The notes: generated by a model not told the origin, from the sequence alone. A stretch of 57,357 bases of DNA from Treponema sp. (GCA_031258225.1 JAIRND010000066.1:1-57357), one strand, 5' to 3'; numbered from the stretch's first letter, positions 25,855 through 35,980 are shown. Made by a program: numbers and translations.

Positions 25855-26601
25855 TCAATCCCCCCGCGCGGGATTGGCCGCGGCCGGCCGCGGCTTTGGA
25901 ATTCGCGCCGCCTCCACCGCCCGGTAGCTGTAAAACCTCCCCTGGTTTCCGGTTCGTTCCACAACGCCCAGTTTCGCCAGGACGTAGAGGGTTTTTCGGG
26001 CCAGGGCTTCGGAAATCCCCGCGCTTTTGGCCAGGGAACAAACGGTAAAGTCCCCGTGGAGGGCCGCGGGGATAAAGCGGCGGTAATCCCGTGGTTTTTT
26101 AAGGATGATCGATTCGTGCCAGCCGCTCAGTTCCCTGCCGGTAATACTGGTCCCGCCCCGGCGCCAGGACCCCTTGCCGTCCTGGACCCGCCGTTCCAGC
26201 GCGTCGATAAGCGCCAGTTCCACGGTTAACCCCTTGAGCAGGGGAAGTTCCGGGGCGTAGAGAAGGCCCTTGAACAGATCCCAGGGCCCGCCCCGGCGGG
26301 GGCTCCTCCGCCTTCGCAGCAGCAGGGCCTCCGTGTTGTAGGTTTCGATGTACGCGGTAACAATAACCGGGTACACGATCCGCACCCGGTGGCGGGACAG
26401 AAGGTTCGTTACCTTTTCCCGCAGAGGGCCAAAGCTGCCGGTTTGAACCTCCACGATCTCCCCCTCCCCGGTAACGCAGTCGCAGACATAGTCCCCGCAG
26501 GCCTGTTCGATACGGCCGTTTTGCCCGCCGTAGTGGAATTTCAGGGCCCGGTGAAGGCCGCTTTCCCTCCGGGTACCGATGCCGGACTTAAGCCCGCGCA
26601 T
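25855..26601 (-). CDS. hypothetical protein: N-terminal PD-(D/E)XK/CoiA-like nuclease motifs plus C-terminal winged-helix
   Basis: RESGLHRALKFHY...GDYVCDCVTGEGEIVEVQTG follows an E..LH..LK, D, ExQ pattern. C-terminal LAKSAGISEALARKTLYVLAKLGVVERTG looks like a wHTH. Confidence 0.6.
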   Translation of the reverse strand: MRGLKSGIGTRRESGLHRALKFHYGGQNGRIEQACGDYVCDCVTGEGEIVEVQTGSFGPLREKVTNLLSRHRVRIVYPVIVTAYIETYNTEALLLRRRRSPRRGGPWDLFKGLLYAPELPLLKGLTVELALIDALERRVQDGKGSWRRGGTSITGRELSGWHESIILKKPRDYRRFIPAALHGDFTVCSLAKSAGISEALARKTLYVLAKLGVVERTGNQGRFYSYRAVEAARIPKPRPAAANPARGD

Positions 26602-26833
26602 AGGGGAGGAGTTCTTCCGCGCTCAACAACTCCAGGTGATGAAACGTTTCACTGGTTCCCCGGTCTTCGTTTACCCGTATCCTGTACACCCGGAAGGCGA
26701 TCATCCGGTTGGTGGGAAGGGGCAGGTCAAGAATCCGCCCGTTAATGTCCACCACGGCGTTCAGCGGGAGCCGTGAGGGGATTTCCTGGACATCACCTTC
26801 GGGAAAGACGATGAAGTACTCGGGTATAAGCAT
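26588..26833 (-). CDS. 81-aa hypothetical protein overlapping the downstream nuclease-like gene by 14 nt
   Basis: ATG start, predicted beta-rich sequence, no recognisable motif. Its stop (26588-26590) lies 11 nt inside the next ORF. Confidence 0.45.
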   Translation of the reverse strand: MLIPEYFIVFPEGDVQEIPSRLPLNAVVDINGRILDLPLPTNRMIAFRVYRIRVNEDRGTSETFHHLELLSAEELLPYARA

Positions 26834-27013
26834 AGCCGCTCAATATTAGACATGATTGGCCGCCCGTGGCAAGAAACATCAGCAAACACGCAAAACGTAT
26901 AGAATTACGCACAACCGGTTTGCCGCCGGCTTTACCGCAGGTAAAGTCTTGTACCCATCTTAAGCGGGCGCTTTGTTGCGCCGATAATTAAATTTATTTT
27001 TTTTAAATTTCAC

Positions 27014-27043
27014 TTGACATATCCGACTACTTATGGTGATACT
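27014..27043 (+). promoter_or_regulatory. putative dcw/mraZ promoter with an upstream A/T tract
   Basis: TTGACA (27014-27019), 17-18 nt spacer, TGATACT (27037-27043). A/T-rich block at 26986-27010. Confidence 0.4.
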
Positions 27044-27101
27044 TACAGAGTAGTGGGATTTCGGTATTTTATTGGAAATTTCGTGATGAAGCGTGGGATC
27101 G

Positions 27102-27542
27102 ATGACGGGCTTTGAGGTTGGCGGGACATATCCAGGCACGCTGGACGAAAAGTGGCGGCTTGGAATTCCCATCAAGCTGCGGGACAACTACCAGGGGCCC
27201 CTGGTTATTACCCTGGGGCTGCAAACCTGCGCCTGGATCATGAGGCGGGAAGTCTGGGACCGGATGACTGAAAACCTTACCGGTTCAGACGGCCTTACGG
27301 AGGAGGAGCGGGACCATGTGGAGTTTCACTATGTCGCCTCGCAGGTGGATGTGGAGATCGACAGGGTTGGGCGTATCGTCATACCGCAGCTTATCCGGCG
27401 TTACGCGGGCCTGACCAAGGACTGCATGATCCTGAACCTGCAGGATCGCCTGGAGGTCTGGGATGAAGACCTCCTGGTGGCCCAGTTGCATGAAAACCAG
27501 GCCGCGGTAAAGGCGGTTGTGGGCAAAAAGAGGTTGAGATAG
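27102..27542 (+). CDS. mraZ: transcriptional regulator MraZ
   Basis: Two SpoVT/AbrB-like halves: LDEKWRLGIPIKLR and IDRVGRIVIPQLIR. Confidence 0.88.
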   Translation: MTGFEVGGTYPGTLDEKWRLGIPIKLRDNYQGPLVITLGLQTCAWIMRREVWDRMTENLTGSDGLTEEERDHVEFHYVASQVDVEIDRVGRIVIPQLIRRYAGLTKDCMILNLQDRLEVWDEDLLVAQLHENQAAVKAVVGKKRLR

Positions 27543-27604
27543 CGATGGGATTGATGGGGCTTTTTTTGTCGGATATCTAGGGACTTGGGAGGGGAACTAA
27601 CGAC

Positions 27605-28552
27605 ATGGAAGCGATGCACGTTCCGGTACTGGTGGAGGAGACGATTCACTGGCTTGCCCCCCGCAAGGGGGGGGAGCTGATGGTAGATTCCACCCTGGGA
27701 GAGGGAGGCCATAGCTATGCCTTCCTCTCCCGTTTCCCGGAACTCAACGTCATCGGCGTTGATGTTGATCCCATCATTCAGGAAATCGCCAGGGAACGGT
27801 TAAAGGTCTTTGGAGAGCGGATTAGGTTTCACTCAGGGTGGGCCCAGGATTTTTTCAGGGCTTACCCCAAAGAGTCCAGGCGCCCCGATACCATTTTAAT
27901 CGACCTGGGGATAAGTCTTTTCCACTACGAGAAATCCGGCAGGGGGTTTAGTTTCCGCAAGGACGAAGCCCTGGACATGCGGCTGGACCCCCTGCTGGGT
28001 CCGGGGGCGGCGGAACTGATAGCCACCCTGGGGGAGCGTGAATTGGCCGATCTGTTGTACGCAAACGCGGAGGAGCGGTATTCCCGCCGTATCGCCGGGG
28101 CAATTGTGGAAGCGAGAAGGCGGGGGGCCCTCCGTTCAAGCCGGGCGCTGGGGGAAGTGGTGGAACAGGCGGTGCCGCCGTCCTACCGGAACGGCCCCCT
28201 TCACCCTGCCACAAAAACATTTTTGGCCCTGCGTATCGCCGTAAATGGGGAGTTGGCCCGGCTTAGGGATCTTTTGGAGGCCGCCCTCCTGGTTCTGGAA
28301 CCGCGCGGCAGGCTGGGCGTCATCAGCTTTAATAGTGGGGAGGATCGTATTGTGAAAGGATTTTTCCGGGAACAGCGTAGGGACTGTACCCACCCCATGG
28401 AAGCGCCGATACATAGAATGGATGACTGTACGGTTGTTCTTCTAAACCCCAGGGGGACAGGCCCGACGGAGATGGAAAAGCGGGTTAACCCCCCCTCCCG
28501 AAGCGCCCGGCTGCGGGTAGTGGAAAAATTACGCGTCAAGGATGAATCGTGA
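27605..28552 (+). CDS. rsmH: 16S rRNA (cytosine1402-N4)-methyltransferase
   Basis: HVPVLVEE, DSTLGEGGHS, DLGISLFHYE, ISFNSGEDRIVK. Confidence 0.93.
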   Translation: MEAMHVPVLVEETIHWLAPRKGGELMVDSTLGEGGHSYAFLSRFPELNVIGVDVDPIIQEIARERLKVFGERIRFHSGWAQDFFRAYPKESRRPDTILIDLGISLFHYEKSGRGFSFRKDEALDMRLDPLLGPGAAELIATLGERELADLLYANAEERYSRRIAGAIVEARRRGALRSSRALGEVVEQAVPPSYRNGPLHPATKTFLALRIAVNGELARLRDLLEAALLVLEPRGRLGVISFNSGEDRIVKGFFREQRRDCTHPMEAPIHRMDDCTVVLLNPRGTGPTEMEKRVNPPSRSARLRVVEKLRVKDES

Positions 28553-28836
28553 TGAAAAAGTATCCGCTGGTTTATGTCGCGGCCCTGACCATACCGGCCA
28601 TGTTGGCCCTGGTTTCCTGGCAGTCCACCCGGTACATGAACCTGGAACGGGAACTGGCCGCCCTTGAAGCCGAACAAGAGGAGTACGTGGAAACCAATAA
28701 CCGGCTCATCGCGCAGATCGCCATGTTGTCATCCCCGGAGCGGATTGCGTACGTTGCCAGGGAGCAGTTCGGCTTAATCCGTATTCGGCCGGAAGATGTG
28801 CTGCAGATAAAAATTGCCGGGGAGGGGGAGCCTTGA
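28552..28836 (+). CDS. ftsL: FtsL-like cell-division protein
   Basis: Single TM segment plus a coiled coil (LERELAALEAEQEE). Position between rsmH and murF. Confidence 0.6.
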   Translation: MKKYPLVYVAALTIPAMLALVSWQSTRYMNLERELAALEAEQEEYVETNNRLIAQIAMLSSPERIAYVAREQFGLIRIRPEDVLQIKIAGEGEP

Positions 28837-30278
28837 TTTACGCCGTGAGTCCGTCCACGCCGATTCTCATGGATTTTGCCCGCCTGGGCGCGGCGGTTTC
28901 GGGCCGCGTCCTTGGTCCGCCGCGGGGGGGCTTTGGCTCGGTCCACGTGGATTCCCGGAAGATAAAACCCGGTTCCCTGTTTGTCGCGCTGGAAGGATCC
29001 GTTCAGGACGGGCACCGCTATGTGGAAGCCGCCTTTCAGGCCGGCGCTTCCGGCGCCCTGGTGGAACGTTCCCGGCTGGAGGATCCGGCCCTGGGCCTGG
29101 GGGAAACGGCGAAACGCTATGGCCGGACCCTTGTCGTCGCGGAGGACACGCTTAGGGCCCTGCAGGACGCGGCGATGGTTTACCTCCAGGGCTTTCCCGG
29201 GCTGCTGCGAATCGGCCTGTCCGGTTCCAGCGGAAAAACAACGACAAAATCCATTGCCGCGGCGATCATCGGCGGAGAACGGGAAACCGTGATGAACCCC
29301 ATGAATTGGAATTCGGAAACCGGGCTTCCCCTGGCGGTTTTTGAGGTACGGGCCCATCACCGGGTTGGGATCTTTGAACTTGGGATGAACCGGAAAAACG
29401 AGATCGCGGAACTGGCCCGCGTCCTTAAGCCGCGTATAGCTCTTATCACAAACGTGGGCCTGTCCCACATCGGCAGGATCGGCAGCGCCGAGGGGATCGC
29501 CATGGAAAAAAAGCGGATTTTTCTGTACCAGCGCGAAGACGACATTGCCCTTATTCCGGAGGACTGCCCGTTTCGGGATCTGCTCGCGGAGGGACTCAGG
29601 GGGACCCGGCGTTTCTATGGCCCGGAAAGCGTTGGGGGCCTGGGACCGGTACGGGACCTGGGACTTTTGGGGAGCGAGATTGTGTGGGCCGGGAAAACAG
29701 TCCGTTTCAGGCTTCCGGGCAGGCACAACCTCGCGGACGCGGTGGCGGCAATCGCCATAGCGCGGGAACTTGGAATTGGCGACAAGGCCATCAGGGAGGG
29801 GCTTGAATCGGCGGAGCCCCTGGACGGGCGCAGCGAGGTCATTACCGGAACCATGACGGTGATACGGGATCTTTACAACGCGAATCCGGAATCCGTTGCC
29901 GCCGCCATAGGTTTTTGTGATGAACTTGACTACCCGGGACGGAAGGTGTACGTCCTGGGTTCCATGCTGGAACTGGGGGACGCCTCCGCCGAGGCCCACC
30001 GGGAACTTGCCCGGACCCTGAGCCGTTCCGCCGCGGACATGGTGTTCCTCTACGGCGGCGAAATGGAAGCGGCCGCCGCGGCCCTGGCGGAAAACCGGGG
30101 GGCCGGGGAAGGAACACCCCGTTTCTTCCACACCAACAGCATGGACGAACTTGGCTCCGCCCTGCGCGGTTATGTCGCGCCGGGGGATCTGGTATTGGTA
30201 AAGGGATCGCGGGGCTGTGAACTGGAACGGCTGGACCCGGTGCTTCTGGACGGGGGGGAGGAGAGAAAGTGTTCCTAG
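28833..30278 (+). CDS. murF: UDP-N-acetylmuramoyl-tripeptide--D-alanyl-D-alanine ligase
   Basis: GLSGSSGKTTTK, NANPESV. TTG start overlaps the ftsL stop. Confidence 0.9.
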   Translation: MIYAVSPSTPILMDFARLGAAVSGRVLGPPRGGFGSVHVDSRKIKPGSLFVALEGSVQDGHRYVEAAFQAGASGALVERSRLEDPALGLGETAKRYGRTLVVAEDTLRALQDAAMVYLQGFPGLLRIGLSGSSGKTTTKSIAAAIIGGERETVMNPMNWNSETGLPLAVFEVRAHHRVGIFELGMNRKNEIAELARVLKPRIALITNVGLSHIGRIGSAEGIAMEKKRIFLYQREDDIALIPEDCPFRDLLAEGLRGTRRFYGPESVGGLGPVRDLGLLGSEIVWAGKTVRFRLPGRHNLADAVAAIAIARELGIGDKAIREGLESAEPLDGRSEVITGTMTVIRDLYNANPESVAAAIGFCDELDYPGRKVYVLGSMLELGDASAEAHRELARTLSRSAADMVFLYGGEMEAAAAALAENRGAGEGTPRFFHTNSMDELGSALRGYVAPGDLVLVKGSRGCELERLDPVLLDGGEERKCS

Positions 30279-31348
30279 AGTTTATTTATCCCCTTACCAA
30301 ATACGTTACCGGGTTTAACGTCTTTGTTTACCTGACGTTCAGGGCGGCCTACGCGGCGCTTACCACCCTGCTTATCGCCTATATTTTCGGCCCCTCGATT
30401 ATCGCGATGCTGCGCAAACTAAAAATAGGGCAGGCGGTCCGAACCGACGGTCCGGCTACCCATCTGGTGAAAGACGGAACCCCCACGATGGGCGGTATCA
30501 TGATCATCATCTCCATACTCTTTGCCATGCTGCTCTGGCAGAACATCCACAATACCAAGGTGCTTCTGCTGGCCGTTACCCTTGTGGCCTTTGGGCTTAT
30601 CGGCTTCCTTGACGATTACCTGAAAGTTACCAGGCACAACTCCGCGGGCCTCCCCGCCTGGGCGAAACTTGCCGGACAGTTTGTTATCGCCGGCGGGGTG
30701 GTGGTGTTCCTGTATATCGAGGGGGGGGAGGAGAGTACCCGCCTCTACCTGCCGTTCTTCAAGAATCCGGTAGTGGACATGGGTGTCCTATGGATACCCT
30801 TTGGCATACTTTTGATCGTGGGGGAAAGCAACGCGGTTAATTTTTCCGACGGCCTGGACGGGCTTTTGGCGGGTCTCTTGATCATGGTGTTCATCGCCCT
30901 GGCCATTCTCTGCTATTTGTCCGGCAGATCCGATTATTCTTCGTATCTTGGCATCCCCTATATTCCGGATTCGGGGGAACTCACCATCTTCTGTCTGGCC
31001 GCGGCGGGGGCCTGCATAGGATTCGTTTGGTACAACGCACCACCGGCTGAGTTGATGATGGGGGACGTGGGCAGCTTGTCCCTGGGGGGGGTAGTTGCCA
31101 CCATTTCCCTCATAATAAAAAAGGAGATATTGGTTCTTGTTATCGGCGGGGTATTTGTAATGGAGATTGCCTCCGTCGTTATACAGGTCGTTTCGTACAA
31201 GATCCGGAAGAAGCGTATTTTTCTAATGAGCCCCCTGCACCATCACTACGAATTATCCGGTCTTGCGGAGTCTAAAATTGTCATCCGTTTTTGGATTCTT
31301 GGGGGGCTGTTTGCCATTATAGCCCTTTCCACGTTAAAAATACAATAG
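30269..31348 (+). CDS. mraY: phospho-N-acetylmuramoyl-pentapeptide transferase
   Basis: PTMGGIMII, NAVNFSDGLDGL, MGDVGSLSLGG, SPLHHHYE. Confidence 0.95.
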   Translation: MFLEFIYPLTKYVTGFNVFVYLTFRAAYAALTTLLIAYIFGPSIIAMLRKLKIGQAVRTDGPATHLVKDGTPTMGGIMIIISILFAMLLWQNIHNTKVLLLAVTLVAFGLIGFLDDYLKVTRHNSAGLPAWAKLAGQFVIAGGVVVFLYIEGGEESTRLYLPFFKNPVVDMGVLWIPFGILLIVGESNAVNFSDGLDGLLAGLLIMVFIALAILCYLSGRSDYSSYLGIPYIPDSGELTIFCLAAAGACIGFVWYNAPPAELMMGDVGSLSLGGVVATISLIIKKEILVLVIGGVFVMEIASVVIQVVSYKIRKKRIFLMSPLHHHYELSGLAESKIVIRFWILGGLFAIIALSTLKIQ

Positions 31349-31353
31349 GGAAT

Positions 31354-32532
31354 ATGATGTACCAGTTCCAAGCGGAAAAATCACCCCGTTTCGCCGGGGA
31401 AAATCACCTTCTTGCCGCCACGGTGTTTTTGCTTACCGGCCTGGGACTGGTGGTTCTCTATTCCGCGTCCTACGAGTCCGCGGCCCGTTGGTTCCGGGAT
31501 GGCGGGTTGCATTTTGTATCCCGGCAGCTCGTTGCGGCCGGCCTGGGACTGGTGTTCTTTTTTATCACGTCGCGGATGAATCTTAAGTACGCGCGCTCCG
31601 GGGCGAGGGCCCTGCTCATATTCTCGTTCATTCTCTGTATTCTTGTCTTTGTTCCCGGAATTGAGGATCCCAGAAACGGGGCAAGCCGCTGGATCAAAGT
31701 GCCCGGCGGTACCTTTCAGCCGTCGGAACTCGTAAAACTGGCGCTTCCCCTGTACCTGGCCTATAATTTTGACAAAAACCGGGATGGCCTTAATAAAATT
31801 ACCACCGGGGTGCTGCTGCCGGTACTGATCACCGCCTTTTTTTTCCTGATAATTTATCTTCAGAACAATTTCTCTACCGCCGCGTTTATCGCGGCAAACG
31901 CCCTTGTTATTCTTTTTTTGGCCGGTTCCCGGTTGTATTATTTCTTTTCCGGTATTATACTGTTACTACCATGCGCGGGACTTTTGATTCTGACCAAGGA
32001 ACACCGGCTGCGGCGTATTCTGAGTTTTCTTAGGCCGGAGTGGGATCCTCAGGGCGCCGGATACCAGGTTGATTCAAGTATGAAGGCCATCGCCGCAGGG
32101 GGGGCATGGGGGAAGGGATTGGGACAGGGAACCAAAAAAATCGCCAGTATTCCTGAGGTACATTCCGATTTCATCTTCTCCGCGTTTTCGGAGGAACTTG
32201 GGTTTATGGGTGTTGTTGTAGTGTTTATCCTTTTCGGCGTATTTGCCTTTCTGGGGTACCGGGGCGCCCTGCGGGCCGGCGATACCTTCAGGCGGCTTTT
32301 GGGCTGCGGCCTTGTAACGACGATTATCACCCAGGCCATGCTGAATATCGCGGTGGTTTCCGGGTCCCTGCCCGTCGCCGGGCTTCCCCTTCCTTTTTTC
32401 TCCGCCGGGGGCTCCTCCCTGATAATTACCCTGGGCATGGCGGGACTGCTGGTGAACGTGTGCCGATCCCGGGATGATAACCGGTTCCCGGCCCTTTCCC
32501 GCGCCGGCACGGGGGGGGCCTATGGCGCATAA
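31354..32532 (+). CDS. ftsW: FtsW/SEDS-family peptidoglycan glycosyltransferase
   Basis: QPSELVK, PEVHSDFIFSAFSEELGF, PFFSAGGSS. Confidence 0.9.
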   Translation: MMYQFQAEKSPRFAGENHLLAATVFLLTGLGLVVLYSASYESAARWFRDGGLHFVSRQLVAAGLGLVFFFITSRMNLKYARSGARALLIFSFILCILVFVPGIEDPRNGASRWIKVPGGTFQPSELVKLALPLYLAYNFDKNRDGLNKITTGVLLPVLITAFFFLIIYLQNNFSTAAFIAANALVILFLAGSRLYYFFSGIILLLPCAGLLILTKEHRLRRILSFLRPEWDPQGAGYQVDSSMKAIAAGGAWGKGLGQGTKKIASIPEVHSDFIFSAFSEELGFMGVVVVFILFGVFAFLGYRGALRAGDTFRRLLGCGLVTTIITQAMLNIAVVSGSLPVAGLPLPFFSAGGSSLIITLGMAGLLVNVCRSRDDNRFPALSRAGTGGAYGA

Positions 32533-33427
32533 ATTTATTCCACAGGTTCCCTCTCCCAGGGTCCGGAAAGCCCAGGATGCCCGTGGAATTCGCCGGGAGC
32601 TTCCTGAAGAACCCCCCCCGGGGGATGTTCCGCCCGGGGAAGAACCGTTAAAAGGCCGCGAAGGCGGCGGACTGGAAAGGGGAATCAAGGTTATCATTAT
32701 CGCCGCCGCCTCCGTACTGGTCATCGAACTCGTCTGGCTCCTGGTTATCAGCCCCTGTATGCCCCTTTCCCGTATCGAGATAACGGGGTTTCCGGAACTG
32801 GAGCGGAGTGAGATCCTGCTGCGGGGCGGTATTGGGGAACGGAGTTCCTTTATTTCGGTTGACCGGCGGGCCGTGGAAAAGAACCTTGAGCGGATAAAGG
32901 AGGTGGAATCCGTCAGGGTAACGAAACAGTTTCCCGGAACGGTAAAGATACTGCTGGTGCCCCGCGTGGCGGTGGCAATGGCCCTTACCGTGATTGACGG
33001 GCGGCAGGTTCCCGTTTACTTTGATCGCCACGGGGTCGCGTTTAAGACCGGCGGCGTCCCATACGGAGCCCAGTCCCTGCCGGTACTTTCCGGTCTGCCC
33101 CTGGAGGGGGATACGCCCCTTTCGGCCCTGTACCAGCCCCTGTTTGCCGGCCTTGACCGGATTCGCTACGCCGACGCCGGGTTGCTCGGGGCCGTGTCGG
33201 AGATTAAAGTAAATAAAAAGCCGTATGACGGCTTTGATATTATCATGTATCCGGTACACATCCCCATTCGGGTTCGGCTGGAATCGGTGTTGAACGAAGA
33301 CTCGTTGCGCTATATTATGCTTATGCTTGATGTGTTCAATTCGGATACCGGCAGGACAATCGAAGAAATCGATTTTAGAGCGGGAACCGCTTCGTATAGC
33401 GTAAAGGAGGTCTCCTCTGGCTACTGA
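32522..33427 (+). CDS. ftsQ: FtsQ-type cell-division protein (POTRA domain)
   Basis: TM segment followed by IEITGFPELERSEILL...VKILLVPRVAVAM. ATG 32522 overlaps the ftsW end. Confidence 0.7.
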   Translation: MAHKFIPQVPSPRVRKAQDARGIRRELPEEPPPGDVPPGEEPLKGREGGGLERGIKVIIIAAASVLVIELVWLLVISPCMPLSRIEITGFPELERSEILLRGGIGERSSFISVDRRAVEKNLERIKEVESVRVTKQFPGTVKILLVPRVAVAMALTVIDGRQVPVYFDRHGVAFKTGGVPYGAQSLPVLSGLPLEGDTPLSALYQPLFAGLDRIRYADAGLLGAVSEIKVNKKPYDGFDIIMYPVHIPIRVRLESVLNEDSLRYIMLMLDVFNSDTGRTIEEIDFRAGTASYSVKEVSSGY

Positions 33428-33431
33428 TAAT

Positions 33432-34688
33432 ATGATAGTCGGTCTTGATATCGGCACGAGTAAGACATGTGTCGCCGTAGGCGAACGCGATGAGCAGGGC
33501 AACCTCCAGATCACCGGTATGGGGCTTAGCCCCTCAACAGGGATTAGAAAAGGCGTGGTGGTCAATATTGAAGCTACTCTCAATTCAATCGCCGCCGCTG
33601 TCGAGGCGGCGGAGTTCATGTGCGGAGCCGATGTACACAACTGCTGGACCGGCATCGGCGGAACCCACGTTGACGGTATCAATTCCCGCGGGGTGGTTAC
33701 GGTATCGGGCAAGAACCGGGAAACCAGGGAAATAGACCAGGATGACCTTGGCCGGGTTCTCCAGTTGGCCCAGGAAATATCCATACCGTTAGACAGGCAA
33801 ATCCTTGAAGTAATTCCCCAGAGCTATATCGTAGACGGCCAGAAGGGGATCCGTAATCCCCTGGACATGCTGGGGGTGAGGCTTGAGGCGGAAGTGCATA
33901 TCATCACCTGTTCCAGTACCAGCGCCCAAAACCTCATCAAATGTGTGAATCGGGCCGGCTTCCATGTGGAAGACCTGGTGCTTCAGTCTCTGGCCGCCGG
34001 CCGTTCGGTACTGACCGAGGAAGAAAAAGAGATGGGGGTGGCGCTTATCGATATGGGGGGCGGAACCACGGAGTTGTTGGTATATTCCGACGGCGCCCTC
34101 TGTTTTATCGCCTCTATTCCCGTGGGCTCGGAATTGATCAGCCGCGATATTTCGGCCATCAAGAGCATCTCGTTCGACAGCGCGGAAAAAGTCAAGATCG
34201 AGGCCGGCTGCTGTTGGGAGGGCCTGCTTGGAAACGATGAGATTAGGGATGGGGAAGTGATCATCTCCGGTCTTGGGGGCCGTCCCACGGTGCCCATACC
34301 GCGGACACACATTTTGAAAATTGCCCGCCCCCGGGTAGAGGAGATCTACCGGATGGTCAAGGAGAAGCTGGATAAGCAGATCTTTCCCCGTCCTATAGGG
34401 GCGGGGCTCGTTCTTACCGGCGGCGGGGCTTCGCTTCCCGGCGCCGCGGAATTGGCGTCGTATATCTTTGATATGCCCGTCAGGGTAGGGAATCCCCTGC
34501 CCATGCCGGGACTTGCGGAGGAGTACCGCGGTCCGATGTACGCTACCGCCATAGGTCTTGCCCTGGAAGGAAACGACAGGAGAAATTACCGGTCGGAAGA
34601 ACGGGGCAGGGACATTCTGGGTAATATTAAAGGAGGAAGCCGGTGGGGTCTGGGCAAAATGTTTGACTGGTTGAAGGATGTTTTTTGA
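33432..34688 (+). CDS. ftsA: cell-division protein FtsA
   Basis: IVGLDIGTSK, IDMGGGTTE, VLTGGGASLPG. Confidence 0.95.
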   Translation: MIVGLDIGTSKTCVAVGERDEQGNLQITGMGLSPSTGIRKGVVVNIEATLNSIAAAVEAAEFMCGADVHNCWTGIGGTHVDGINSRGVVTVSGKNRETREIDQDDLGRVLQLAQEISIPLDRQILEVIPQSYIVDGQKGIRNPLDMLGVRLEAEVHIITCSSTSAQNLIKCVNRAGFHVEDLVLQSLAAGRSVLTEEEKEMGVALIDMGGGTTELLVYSDGALCFIASIPVGSELISRDISAIKSISFDSAEKVKIEAGCCWEGLLGNDEIRDGEVIISGLGGRPTVPIPRTHILKIARPRVEEIYRMVKEKLDKQIFPRPIGAGLVLTGGGASLPGAAELASYIFDMPVRVGNPLPMPGLAEEYRGPMYATAIGLALEGNDRRNYRSEERGRDILGNIKGGSRWGLGKMFDWLKDVF

Positions 34689-34774
34689 ACCGGCGGACGC
34701 AGTGGCGAATCCGGCGGTACATGTTACCTTGAGGCGATAAACAGATCGTTTAGAAAGTATCGAAGGGGGATACA

Positions 34775-35977
34775 ATGAATCTTATGGTTTATGAAGATGA
34801 CCGCGGGCCGATGCCTGTCATTATCAAAATAGTCGGTATCGGCGGTGGCGGGACTAACGCAATCAACCGGATGATCGATAGTAACCTGAGCGGAGTTGAG
34901 TTTGTTGTGGTAAACACCGACCTTCAGGATCTACTGCAAAAGAGCAGGGCGGCCGTAAAAATCCAGATAGGTAAGGAGACAACACGCGGCAGGGGCGCCG
35001 GTGGTAACCCGCAAAAGGGAGAGGCCGCCGCCGAGGAAGACGCTGAAACGATCCGCGAGCACATACGGGACGCGGACATGGTCTTTATCACCGCGGGGAT
35101 GGGCGGCGGCACGGGAACGGGGGCCGCTCCCGTTATCGCCCAAATCGCGAAGAAGCAGGGTATACTGACCGTCGCGATAGTTACCACGCCCTTTGACTTT
35201 GAGGGGACCTACAAAATGGACCTGGCGGAAAAGGGGATCGCGGAGCTGCGGAAGTCGGTGGACACCTTGATTGTCATCCCAAACCAGCAGTTGTATAGCC
35301 TTGTGGACCGTAAGACCCCCCTCCTGGAATCCTACAGGAAGGCTGACGAGGTACTCTGCGAGGGGGTACGCGGGATTTCGGACTTGATTACCAAGACGGG
35401 GATTGTAAACATCGATTTCGCGGACGTGGAATCGACCATGAAGGACCAGGGGGACGCCCTCTTGGGTATCGGCATCGGTACCGGGGAAAACCGGGCCGTT
35501 GAAGCCGCCGAGAAGGCTATCAAGAACCCCCTCCTGGTGAAAACCTCGATGGCCGGGGCCACTCACCTACTGATTAATTTCCTGTGTGACAAGGCACTTT
35601 CATTGGTTGATGTTCAGGACGCGGTGAAGATCATAGGCCAAAACGCCGACCCCAACGTGAATATCATTCACGGGATTACGCTCTCGGAAGATATGGGGGA
35701 TAATCTGCTGATTACCGTTGTCGCCACCGGCCTTAAATCCAGGGGGATGGTGGACGGTACGGCATCGGAATCCGTAAAGCCCAAAGAAACCGATTTTATC
35801 GACATGAATGAGTGGCAGCGGATACGTGACAGCGGCGCCGCCAAGCAGGGCGATTTTCTTTCCCGCAGGGGAGGTTCCTACAGTACCGAGGATGACCTTG
35901 AGGTGCCGGCCATTGTTCGTAAAACGCCGAAAGACCCCCTGCCGGGCCCCGATTTATTCGACGCGAAAGGTCTGTAA
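34775..35977 (+). CDS. ftsZ: cell-division GTPase FtsZ
   Basis: GIGGGGTNA, GMGGGTGTGAAPV. Confidence 0.97.
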   Translation: MNLMVYEDDRGPMPVIIKIVGIGGGGTNAINRMIDSNLSGVEFVVVNTDLQDLLQKSRAAVKIQIGKETTRGRGAGGNPQKGEAAAEEDAETIREHIRDADMVFITAGMGGGTGTGAAPVIAQIAKKQGILTVAIVTTPFDFEGTYKMDLAEKGIAELRKSVDTLIVIPNQQLYSLVDRKTPLLESYRKADEVLCEGVRGISDLITKTGIVNIDFADVESTMKDQGDALLGIGIGTGENRAVEAAEKAIKNPLLVKTSMAGATHLLINFLCDKALSLVDVQDAVKIIGQNADPNVNIIHGITLSEDMGDNLLITVVATGLKSRGMVDGTASESVKPKETDFIDMNEWQRIRDSGAAKQGDFLSRRGGSYSTEDDLEVPAIVRKTPKDPLPGPDLFDAKGL

Positions 35978-35980
35978 GGG

